NCBI RefSeq assembly: GCF_018977255.1
Contig: NW_024704795.1
Coordinates: 1-64,000, forward strand
DNA length: 64,000 nt
Source of the DNA: Callorhinchus milii
Taxonomy: Eukaryota
Reading direction: 5' to 3'
In this document: positions 25,301 through 36,594 of the stretch, piece by piece
Layout of the letters: every line of letters starts with the position of its first letter
How positions within the stretch are numbered: position 1 is the first letter of the stretch
Notes under the pieces: generated by a model
Databases searched by the model: none
The model's input: the letters and a program-made list of their open reading frames with translations, nothing else
Told to the model about the DNA's origin: nothing
Made by a program: the position numbers and the translations under genes

Positions 25301-28185
25301 GACCCGGCCAGTTATACAGAGACCCGGCCAGTTATACAGAGACCCGGCCAGTTATACAGAGACCAGGCCAGTTATACGGAGACCAGGCCAGTTATACGGA
25401 GACCAGGCCAGTTATACAGAGACCAGGCCTTTTATACAGAGACCCGGCCAGTTATACAGAGACCAGGCCTCTTATACAGAGACCAGAACTCTAATAGAGA
25501 GAGAAGGCCTGTCATACCGAGACCAGAGCAGTAATACAGAAACCAGGCCAGCCTTACAGAGACAAGAGCTGTTATACAAAGATCAGGCCAGTTTTACAGA
25601 AACCAGGCCCGTTTTACAGCGACGAGGTTTGTTACACAGAGACCAGGCCAGTTATACAGAGACCAGACCTGTTTTTCATGGACCAGGCCACTTATACAGA
25701 GACCAGGGCTGTTATACAGAGACCAGGGCTGTAATACAGAGACCAGGCCAGTTTACAGAGACCAGGCCGTTTATACAGAGACCAGGCGAATTATACAGAG
25801 ACCAGGCGAGTTATACAGAGACCAGGCCTGTTAAACAGAGACCAGGCCTGTTATACAGAGACCAGTTCTGTTATACAGAGACCAGGGCTGTTATACAGAG
25901 ACCAGGCCAGTTATTCGGAGATCAGGCCTGTTATACAGAGACCAGGACAGTTTTACATAGACCAGGCCAGTTATTCGGAGACCAGTCCTCTTATTCAGAG
26001 ACCAGACCTGTAATACAGAGACAAGGCCAGTGATACAGACACCAGAGCAGTAATACAGAGAACAGGCCAGCCTTACAAAGAGCAGAGCTGTTATACAGAG
26101 ACCAGGCCAGTTATACAGAGACCAGGTAAGTTATACAGAGACCAGGCCTTTTATACAGAGACCAGGCCTTTTATACAGAGACCAGGCCAGTTATACAGAG
26201 ACCCGGCCAGTTATACAGAGACCAGACCTCTTATATAGAGACCAGGCCTGTTATACAGAGACCAGTCCAGTTATACAGAGACCACAGCTGTTATACAGAG
26301 ACCAGGCCAGTTATTCGGAGACCAGGCCTCTTCAGAGACCAGACCTCTAATACAGAGACAAAGCCAGTCATACAGAGACCAGAGCAGTAATAGAGAGACC
26401 AGGCCAGCCTTACAGAGACCAGAGCTGTCATACAGAGACTATGCCAGTTTTACAGAAACCAGGCCAGTTTTACAGAGACCCGGCCAGTTATACAAAGACC
26501 AGGTGAGTTATACAGAGACCAGGCCAGTTATACAGAGACCCGGCCAGTTATACAGAGAACAGGTGAGTTATACAGAGACCAGGCCAGTTATACAGAGACC
26601 AGAGCATTAATATAGAGACCAGACCTCTTATATAGAGACCAGGCCTGTTATACAGAGACCAGGCCAGTTATACAGAGACCACAGCTGTTATACAGAGACC
26701 AGGCCAGTTATTCGGAGACCAGGCCTCTTCAGAGACCAGACCTCTAATACAGAGACAAAGCCAGTCATACAGAGACCAGAGCAGTAATAGAGAGACCAGG
26801 CCAGCCTTACAGAGACCAGAGCTGTCATACAGAGACCATGCCAGTTTTACAGAAACCAGGCCAGTTTTACAGAGACCCGGCCAGTTATACAAAGACCAGG
26901 TGAGTTATACAGAGACCAGGCCAGTTATACAGAGACCCGGCCAGTTATACAGAGAACAGGTGAGTTATACAGAGACCAGGCCAGTTATACAGAGACCAGA
27001 GCATTAATATAGAGACCAGGACTCTTATAGAGAGACCAGGCCTCTTATAGAGAGACCAGGTCTGTTGTACAGAGACCCGGGCTGTTATGCAGAGACAAGA
27101 CCAGTTATACAGAGACTAGAGCATTAACACATAGACCAGGCCTCTTACACAGAGACGGCGTCTTATACAGAGACCAGGCCACTTATACAGAGACCAGGGC
27201 TGTTATACAGAGACCAGGCCTCTTATACAGAGACCAGAACTCTAATACAGAGACAAGGCCTGTCATACCGAGACCAGAGCAGTAATACAGAAACCAGGCC
27301 AGCCTTACAGAGACCAGAGCTGTTATACAAAGGTCAGGCCAGTTTTACAGAAACCAGGCCAGTTTTACAGCGACGAGGCTTGTTACACAGAGACCAGGCC
27401 AGTTATACAGAGACCAGACCTGTTATACATGGACCAGGCCACTTATACAGAGACCAGGGCTGTTATACAGAGACCAGGGCTGTTATACAGAGACCAGGCC
27501 AGTTTACAGAGACCAGGCCGTTTATACAGAGACCAGGCCATTTATACAGAGACCAGGCGAGTTATACAGAGACCAGGCGAGTTATACAGAGACCAGGCCT
27601 GTTAAACAGAGATCAGGCCTGTTATACAGAGACCAGTTCTGTTATACAGAGACCAGGGCTGTTATACAGAGACCAGGCCAGTTATTCGGAGACCAGGTCT
27701 GTTATACAGAGACCAGGACAGTTTTACATAGACCAGGCCAGTTATTCGGAGACCAGGCCTCTTATTCAGAGACCAGACCTATAATACAGAGACAAGGCCA
27801 GTGATACAGACACCAGAGCAGTAATACAGAGAACAGGCCAGCCTTACAAAGAGCAGAGCTGTTATACAGAGAGCAGGTCAGTTTTACAGAGACCAGAGCT
27901 GTTATACAGAGACCAGGCCAGCTGTACAGTGATCAGGCCTGTTACACTGAGACCAGGCCTGTTATACAGAGACCAGGCCTGTTATACAGAGACCAGGCCA
28001 GTTTTACAGAGAACAGGCCAGTTATTCCAAGACCAGGCCTGTTATACAGAGACCAGACCTCTTATACAGAGACCAGCGCTGTTATACAGAGTCTAGGCCT
28101 CTTATACAGAGACCAGGCCACTAATACAGAGACGAGCGCTGTTATACAGAGACCAGGCCTGTTATACACAGACCAGGCCAGTTAT
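13344..28185 (+). repeat. Main 20-bp satellite array (~14.5 kb, roughly 720 monomers), with a SINE at 13440-13712
   Basis: Continuous ATACAGAGACCAGGCCAGTT-type monomers with occasional 18-19-bp units and higher-order blocks. Confidence 0.99.
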
Positions 28186-28582
28186 CCAGAGTGAGTATGA
28201 TTGTTGCCGAAGTGTTCCCTGTGTCTGTCTCCAGCAACTGAAATATAATATGCAAACAGGAATCCTGATTTTCTGCCTTGTGTTCATTTTTTGAGTGTGG
28301 AGTATGTGCACTTAATGTAAGATGTACAATTGTCAATACTGCATCACTCAACAGCATATTAAATGGGTTTTGATTCGATAAATTTATGTGTCTCTGTTGT
28401 GTGAATATACCCACAGACCGTGTGCTGATCGTGTCCCACTGATATCTCGCTCCTGGCCTCTGTGGGCACATTTTGGCTGTCGCCCCGACCCGAGCCGTCC
28501 ACGCCTGATAATGTTCTTGCTCCCAACCCCACACTTTGCTTCTCCCACTATGTGCTGCTCTCCCATTGCCCTGCTTGCCTGT

Positions 28583-28865
28583 ACGTGTGTGTGTGAGCGT
28601 GCATGTGTGTGGGTGCGTACGTGTGTGTGAGTGTGCATGTGTGTGTATGTGCATGTGTGTATATGTGTGTGTATGTGAGTGTGTGTGAATGTGTGTGTGT
28701 GTGTATGTTTTCGTGTGTGTGTCTGTTAGTGTGCATGTGTGTGTGTGTGTATGTACGTTTGTAGGTATATATGTGCATATATATATGTGTGTGTGAGTGC
28801 GTTAGTATGTGTGTACGTGTGTATGCATGGGTATGTACGTGTGTGAGTCAGTGTGTATGTGTGCC
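28583..28865. repeat. Imperfect (TG)n microsatellite
   Basis: Direct reading of the sequence. Confidence 0.95.
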
Positions 28866-28934
28866 AATGAACATATATCAGGACTATCTGTCGGGACAAA
28901 GTCAGAAAACAACTGAAAACATGGAAGATGAGCT

Positions 28935-29270
28935 GACACATCGGCAGTAATGCAGACACCACCATTCATGGCTGCACTCTTCACCTCACGGAGCCAATCC
29001 GAAACCTCGGTATCCTTTTCGATCTTCAGCTACCCTTCAAACCCTTCATTCATGCCATGAACTGTTCCGTCTTTCCACACCTCTGCAACATTGCCCATCT
29101 CCACCACTGCCTCTCACCACAGGCCATTGAGACCCCAATATACAATTTCATCATATCCCATTGGTGGTCAGGCATTCAGCATCCCTGCCCCCACAGTCTG
29201 GAACTCTACCCCACAATCCCTCCACTTCACCCCCAAGCTTGCCTCCTTCAATTCCCGTCTGAAGACCGTG
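28935..29270 (+). mobile_element. Degenerate L2 ORF2 C-terminal fragment
   Basis: Paralogue of 3570-3900 (GGQAFSIPAPTVWNS..RLKT). Confidence 0.7.
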
Positions 29271-29344
29271 TCATTTGTTGTTGCTGTAGAGCTGAGGCAT
29301 GAGACACAAGATCCTTTGGTCCCACTAACAATGGGAACCTGCGA

Positions 29345-30010
29345 GATACTGGAGAGGATGTGAAGGAGATTTACCAGGATGGTACCAGGAATGAGGGACT
29401 TCAGTTATCAGGAGAGGCTTGAGAAGCTCGGATTATTCTCCTTGGAGCAGGGAAGGTTAAGCGGAGATTTAATAATACTAATAATAATCCTTGCATTTGA
29501 TAGTGATTTTCACGTCCCTAGCTGTCCCAAAGCACTTCACAGAATATACGGCAAAGCGTATTGACTGTACATTTGTGACCGAACGCGGCAGCCAATTGCG
29601 CACAGCAGTGTTCCACAAACAGTCATGGATTGAAAATGACCAATTTATTATTGGTTTTTTCCAATAGTTTTCAGAATTTGGAGCAGATTTGATAAAGTAA
29701 AGAAGGAGAAACTATTCCCACTGACGGGTGGGTCAGTAACCCGAGGACACCGAGTTAAAAGAAACAGAGGGGAAGTGAGGAGAAATGTTTTCACACAAGG
29801 AGTTGTTTGGATCTTGAATCCATTGTGTGAAAGGCTGGTGGACGCCGATGGCCACTTTATGAGAGAAATCGATCATTATTTGGAGAGAACCAGTTTGCAG
29901 GGCGATGGGGAGAGAGCAGGGGACTGACTTGGGTGGCTCTTTTCAAACAGCCGGCAGACACAATGGGCCGAATGGCCTCCTTCTGTGCCGTACTATTCTA
30001 TTCATTCTAC
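29345..30010 (+). mobile_element. CR1 3' end with antisense SINE at ~29470-29660
   Basis: Paralogue of 2822-3490. Confidence 0.85.
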
Positions 30011-30262
30011 GTGGCTCAAGGTTTCCAATTCTCCAGTTCCTTAGCAACATAACCTTCGGGAACATGGAGGCTGTCCGTGTGAGATTCATAGTAACAGAAG
30101 TCATGACAAGTTGGATACAGAAACACTAAGCTGTGGTTTGTCTGTGGACAATCTTATTCGGGCTCCCGCTGGAGCGACCACATTATATATAGTGAAGGAC
30201 AAACGCCTGACGCCAGACGAGTTTCGTTTGGAAGTTACAGCCTTTGATATGAGCACTTGGGC

Positions 30263-30278
30263 GGCTCTTATAAGAGCC
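30263..30278 (-). terminator. Histone 3' stem-loop (H4)
   Basis: GGCTCTTATAAGAGCC. Confidence 0.92.
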
Positions 30279-30311
30279 TTTGTTCTTTGTGTCTTGACGT
30301 TGAGGAGATGT

Positions 30312-31049
<738 letters not shown>

Positions 31050-31583
31050 TTACAGGCACAGACATGGAATATTAGAGGTTGAAGGTATAAGATGAGGCTC
31101 AGTGTCTGTGTCACTGCCATATTTTAGCCAGAATCTCGAGCTCGGAAACTTCTCAGTTTCTTTCTATTTTTCGCCGAATGATCAACGCTGTGTTTTGCCA
31201 TTCCACCGCTGTATATTTCCCGCTGTTGTAGCTATTGATGGGAAGGAGAATGTAGTCACCGTAGTGAAACTGGTGGGCTTTTTGAATTTGCTGCGAGTCT
31301 CAGTGTGAACCAAAGATTCACACAGTAACATGGCCTGACAGGGAGTCACCGCCACAGCTGATACTGTAACACATTCAGTGCTCGGCAGAGAAACGGAGAA
31401 TGAATGGCTCTCAGCCCAAAGTCATTCCATGTTATTTTCAGGCAGCTGTTTGTGTCATGAAACATGCTCGAGATTTGTTCAGCTAGCTGGAGAGGATTGG
31501 CATGTGCCTGCGAATATTCCCCTTTGACCTCAATCGCCATGTAAGCCTTTTATTGCTATCTATATCTCTGTAGTTAAACAATC

Positions 31584-31865
31584 AGTTCAATTCCAGGCAG
31601 AGGGCGAAACCTTGGGCAAGTTTCCTTACTCCACACAGAGCCTAATAATAATCCCTCCAAAACCAAACACAATAATAAATTGGTCATTTTCAATCCAGGA
31701 CTGTTTGTGGGACATTGCTGTGCGCAATTGGCTGCCGCGTTCGCCCACAAATATACAGTCAATTCACTTTACAGTGTGTTCTGTGAAGCGCTTTGGGACG
31801 TCCTCCTGACGTGAAAAGCGCTATATCAAATGCAAGGATTATTACTATTATTATTATTACTATTA
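31584..31865 (+). mobile_element. SINE lacking the A-box half of the tRNA head
   Basis: Starts at AGTTCAATTCCAGGCAG and continues through the core and tail. Confidence 0.9.
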
Positions 31866-32110
31866 ACCGTGGAGCACACAGACAGAACCAGTGAAATCCT
31901 TTCTCCTTTGTCCTATCTGTGAGAACACTGACACTGTGGCGAGCTCCTATCTCAGAGCCTCCTGTCACTCACTGCGCTGCCAAACAGTCACAAACTCCGG
32001 GAGACTGCAGCACATAACATGGACAGAGGAAAATCCGCTCCTGAGAATTCAATGACTGGGGTATAGTTTGCCAGTTCAAGGCGCTGATTCAATGATAGTG
32101 TCAGCGGCTC

Positions 32111-32117
32111 TGTGTTA
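32111..32117 (+). promoter_or_regulatory. Candidate H1 TG box (TGTGTTA)
   Basis: Matches the upstream element of vertebrate H1 promoters; ~390 bp upstream of the AC box. Confidence 0.5.
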
Positions 32118-32500
32118 AAAAGGCGCCAGACTCAGATTCCAGTCACTGTGCTAGTGTGTCCAGCTTCATCCCGGGATTTCCAAATCCCTAGCACCAGAAG
32201 TAAGAATATTTTCTGTTGACGGGATGGCCCCGACCCTCTGCTTGACATCACAGCCACAATTTAAGCTGTGATTCTGTTTGGTTTGAGAATATCATTCAAG
32301 TCGCCGTCAATATGTCCAGGATTCAGCGCTGATCCGCGGGCAATCCCACATTCAAACGTTTTTAACTGGAAGCTGCTGCCTTTAGTTCAGTTGTGCAGTG
32401 TCTCTCAGTGAAGAGCGGATTGTGCACTTCAGCGAAAGGCTGTTGTTGACTCTCAGCACAAACGAGTTTAGAGACAAACGATCAGTTTTGGAAACGACAG

Positions 32501-32507
32501 AAACACA
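32501..32507 (+). promoter_or_regulatory. H1 AC box (AAACACA)
   Basis: H1-specific element ~130 bp upstream of the H1 ATG. Confidence 0.7.
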
Positions 32508-32636
32508 GAGATTTGAAACCCGGAAGCTGAGCAGCGGCTGACTCTGCCGCGTCCGCTCGGAGGCTGTAAGTGGCTGTGGCGCCGCCTGGCTTCACTATCC
32601 TGAGCAGCTCCACACACTGAGCCTCTCACAGGGACT

Positions 32637-33287
32637 ATGGCTGAAACTGCTCCCGCCGCCGTCCAGCCTCCTGCAGCCGCCACCGCTTCGCCCAAAGCCG
32701 CCAAGAAGAAGCGCGTTGCCCCGAAGCAGAAACCCGGCTTCAACCTGATGGAGGAGATCAAGCAGATGGTGGCGAGCGCTGAGCATCGCAGGGGCTTGTC
32801 CGTGGTCGCCATCAAGAAGACTCTGGACGCCAAAGGCTACAAGCCGGAAACTCACAAACACCAGGTCAGGGCTTCTCTGAAGAGACTGGCAGACAGAGGT
32901 ATCCTGATCCAGACCACGGGCATCGGCGCCACCGGCTCCTTCAAACTCAACAAGGACAACGCGGCAAAGAAGCCGACCCCGCGGGGGAAGAAGGCAGCGG
33001 CCGCCAAGAAAGCTTCTCCACGGAAGAAACTTGCAACAAAAAAGCCAAGTTCACCCAAGAAACCATCTGTGCCCAAGAGAGTCCACAAAGCCAAGTCTCC
33101 CGCTGTCAAGAAGACCCCGAAAGCTGCCGTGAGTAAGAAGCCCAAATCGGCCAAAAAACCTGTAAAGAAAGCGGTGGTAAAGAAAGCTGTAAAGAAGCCC
33201 GCAGCCTCAAAGAGACCAAGCGGCAAAACCGCCAAACGTTTCCCCAAAGCGCCGGCGGCTAAGAAAACACCAGCCAAAAAGAAGTAA
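32637..33287 (+). CDS. H1: Linker histone H1 (216 aa, divergent globular domain)
   Basis: MAETAPAA start, G-x-GA-T-GSFKLNK winged-helix motif, Lys/Ala/Pro-rich tail with S/TP motifs. Confidence 0.97.
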   Translation: MAETAPAAVQPPAAATASPKAAKKKRVAPKQKPGFNLMEEIKQMVASAEHRRGLSVVAIKKTLDAKGYKPETHKHQVRASLKRLADRGILIQTTGIGATGSFKLNKDNAAKKPTPRGKKAAAAKKASPRKKLATKKPSSPKKPSVPKRVHKAKSPAVKKTPKAAVSKKPKSAKKPVKKAVVKKAVKKPAASKRPSGKTAKRFPKAPAAKKTPAKKK

Positions 33288-33318
33288 CTTCTCCCCTCTG
33301 CTGATATTAACCCCCAAA

Positions 33319-33334
33319 GGCTCTTCTCAGAGCC
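33319..33334 (+). terminator. Histone 3' stem-loop (H1)
   Basis: GGCTCTTCTCAGAGCC-ACCCA plus AAACGAGCTG HDE. Confidence 0.95.
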
Positions 33335-33488
33335 ACCCATTCCCTCCCAAACGAGCTGCACCTAACGAATGATTCTGGGGTGAGCAGAGTGTCTGTCACA
33401 GGAGAGCAGAAACATAGACATAAACAGCAGGTACTGGGACCTTTGGCGTGTGTCCATGGCAGCATCTTGGCACCTGAGTCGGTATGAA

Positions 33489-33560
33489 TCCGAGTTAGTC
33501 CAGTGGTTAGTATCTCCGCCTGTCACGCGGGAGACCGGGGTTCAAATCGCCGACAGGGAG
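33489..33560 (+). pseudogene. tRNA-Asp(GTC)-like sequence with broken stems
   Basis: 72 nt colinear with vertebrate tRNA-Asp (CCGCCTGTCACGCGGGAGACCGGGGTTC); mismatches in the acceptor, D and T stems. Confidence 0.85.
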
Positions 33561-33786
33561 GTCGCTTTAGTTTCTGTTAGTTACCAAACAAGCATTCGTA
33601 AAAGACAACAATGATATCTGTGCCCAGTAACCAACGCTGCTTCTGAACGGTTTGGAACACACTGAGACCAAGTGTGTCAAGAGCAAATATCCCCACAAAA
33701 CATCAACTAAACATCTTTTGCTTTTCACCTCAAAATATTATTTGCCCCTATGTGTGTACCAAATTTACCTGAAACGGTACAGACAG

Positions 33787-33845
33787 TTATACAGAGACCA
33801 GGCCAGTTTACCGAGACCAGGCCTGTTATACAGAGACCAGACAGA
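33787..33845 (+). repeat. Three-monomer island of the 20-bp satellite (paralogue at ~63530-63585, minus)
   Basis: TTATACAGAGACCAGGCC units. Confidence 0.8.
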
Positions 33846-34356
33846 CATTCTGAACTGTATTTGAATTGGATTTCTCTTTACTGGGACTATTCTGCTTAAT
33901 TATGAGCCCAGTAACCATTGTTGCATTAAATATATATTGGCATTAGCATTTATTAGTAAATAAATGCAACAAGTTTCCACTATTGTGCTTTATCCTCACA
34001 GGCCTTTGTGTTGCTTTGAGTAATACAGCATTAACTTGAGAGTTAACTCTATATAACTCAAAGCAACACAACCTGCTGTCCTGCTGTCCTCCACAGCCCT
34101 GCTGTCTTGTGGGGTTTGGAAGATCTTACCATCAGATAAGGAAGCCAGTCTCCGGGCTGCAATACCGAGGCTGACCACAGGGGAAGCAGATATTTCTGTC
34201 TCTCAGGGTGAAAGCTCAGGTGTAAACCTGCAAGAGAGGAAACTGGCAGATAATATTTGTGCAAATTAATTTAACTGACGTGAAGTCTGAGAAAATAAAA
34301 CCTTCATTCCAGGTGAATTAATACATGTCGATAAACTTTGAAGTTATGATGAACTG

Positions 34357-34665
34357 TAGTCCTGTAGCTCAGTGGTTATTGCCCTCGCCTTGCCCCTGGC
34401 TTCAAATCCAGGCAGGGAGAAACCTTGGGCAAGTTTCCTTACTCCACACACCTAATAATAATCCCTCCAAAAAACAAAACAATAATTGGTCATTTTCAAT
34501 CCACGACTGTTTGTGGGACGCTGCTCTGCGCAATTGGCTGCCGTTTCGCCACAAATATACAGTCAATTCACTTAACAGCATATTCTGTGAAGTGCATTGA
34601 GATGTGGAGATGACATGAAAAGCGCTATATCAAATGCAAGGATTATTATTATAATAATGATGATA
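34357..34665 (+). mobile_element. Near-full, diverged SINE
   Basis: AGTCCTGTAGCTCAGTGG head through to the (ATT)n tail. Confidence 0.88.
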
Positions 34666-35737
34666 ATAATCACTGTGTTTGTAGATTTTGTCTACGAACA
34701 AAATAGCATAATTTTACTTTTGTCAGAAAGATGTCAGACAATTGTGGAAAGCCATCCATTATCTTAAAACTATTCAAACTATTCCTGCTACAAGGTGGGG
34801 GGGAATTCACCATCAACGATCGAAAGGTGGAAGACTATGCTGTTTGCCCTTTCAGGTGGAGTTTGGAGATTCCAGGGCACTATTGGAAATCAGCACTCAG
34901 TTACTCCTGGTTTCCTGGACAATAATCCTTCTCATAACATCCATGATTTGTTGTGGGTCATTGCTGGAGCTGAATGGGAGATTCCTTGTTCCCAGTGACT
35001 GGTGTTACATCCAAATGTTGTTGTCAAGCTTGGCTGGCTGGTCTAGCATTAACAGTGTGTGTTCCTTATCCTCTCAGGAAGCCAAGCAGGGCATCCCTCA
35101 AGTCAGTGCACATTGAAATACAACCTTGCTTTTAATATTGCCCCTTTCATGTCTGAAAGTATCAACTTTGTTTCACATCATTTCACTTTTGATGAAAGAC
35201 CCACCTGTGCACTGTGTCTGTATCGAAGTGATTCACTGAGAATAAAATCAGAGTGGGGTGTGGGGGATATGTGACTCAGGTTCAATATCTCCATGAAATA
35301 ACCTCAGGCATTTATAAAGCTGATTGAGCTGCTCCATTGCAATGGCTATTCAATACACAGCACCGACTGCCCTGGTCCAAGTGGCCAATGACCTCGATCT
35401 GCAACCAGGACTCTTCTGCCACCTTGTTCTCAGAACCTCTTTGTTGTCTCCCATTTATCCACACGATCCTTCTCTCAGCTCTGCTCCACCTTCAAGATTC
35501 TGTCCAATACTAGTTTCACTCTTACCTATTCCAGCAAAGTTGCTCCTCTGTCATTTCAAACAGCTTTTCCTCCTGCTCCCAAACATACACAAGCAGTGTT
35601 CTTTAGAGCTTCATCCCAGTCCCTGCTGTTCTGATGGACGCATTGTCAGCTATCAAGTTATTCATGAGCAGGAAATCGCTTCACATGAATGTTGACCAAA
35701 GAGATTGTTATTGTGCAATTGATTTTGTTTGCGGCAA

Positions 35738-36290
35738 TAACAGGCCTGGTCTCTGTATGTCAGGCCTGGTCTCTGTATGATAGGCCTGGTCTCTGTATGA
35801 CAGGCCTGGTCTCTGTATGACAGGCCTGGTCTCTGTATGACAGGCCTGGTCTCTGTATGTCAGGCCTGGTCTCTGTATGTCAGGCCTGGTCTCTGTATAA
35901 CTGGACTGGTCTCTCTACAATAAACCTGTTCTCCATATAATAGGCCTGGTCTCTGTATTACAGGCCTGGACTCTTTATGAAAGGCCTGGTATCTGTGTAA
36001 CTGGCCTGGTTTCTGTATAGCTGGCCTGGTCTCTACAATAAACCTGTTTTCCATATAACGGCCTGGGCTCTGTATAACTGGACTTGTTCCTCTGTAATAA
36101 ACCTGTTCTCCATATAACAGGCCTGCTCTCTATAATACAGTCCTTGTCTCTGTATAACTGGCCTGGTTTCTGTATAGCTGGCCTGGTCTCTACAATACAT
36201 CTGTTTTCCATATAACGGCCTGGGCTCTGCATAACTGGACTAGTCACTCAATAATAAACCTGTTCTCCATGTAACCGGCCTGGCTAATTT
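35738..36290 (-). repeat. Variant 20-bp satellite (CAGGCCTGGTCTCTGTATGA run, then degenerate monomers)
   Basis: Homogeneous to ~35900, degenerate beyond. Confidence 0.9.
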
Positions 36291-36594
36291 TTGTGTAATA
36301 ATGAAAATCAGGATTCCTGTTTGCATATTATATATCAGTTGCTGGAGACAGACTCAGGGAACACGTCGGCAACATGTTATATGTTTCCACCCATTCAAAG
36401 TGCAATAACACATACTGACATGGCCAGTACAACATCGATTCCACTGATAAAAGAAGGACCAAATATCCACAAACATTTATATTATTTGCAAAGAGAGGAG
36501 AGGGCTAGGTAAGAATCAATTCTGCACTGATGCTTAGAGAAAGGAACCATTCAAACTCATTGGACGACATTGAAAAAGACAATGTCATTTCGAT

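Noticed and set aside
13722-28185. Repetitive ORFs ([20 protein letters not shown])n as a protein-coding gene
   Set aside because: A 20-bp period gives the same peptide in all three frames. TAA-creating variants and 18-19-bp monomers break frames freely, and there is no promoter or splice context.
13722-28185. CRISPR-like array (constant core plus variable part)
   Set aside because: The variable parts are ~7 nt, mutually related and reused; the context is eukaryotic and there are no cas genes.
13722-28185. Synthetic or cloning artefact suggested by a BsaI site in most monomers
   Set aside because: Natural mutational decay, SINE interruptions and diverged paralogous tracts indicate genomic origin.
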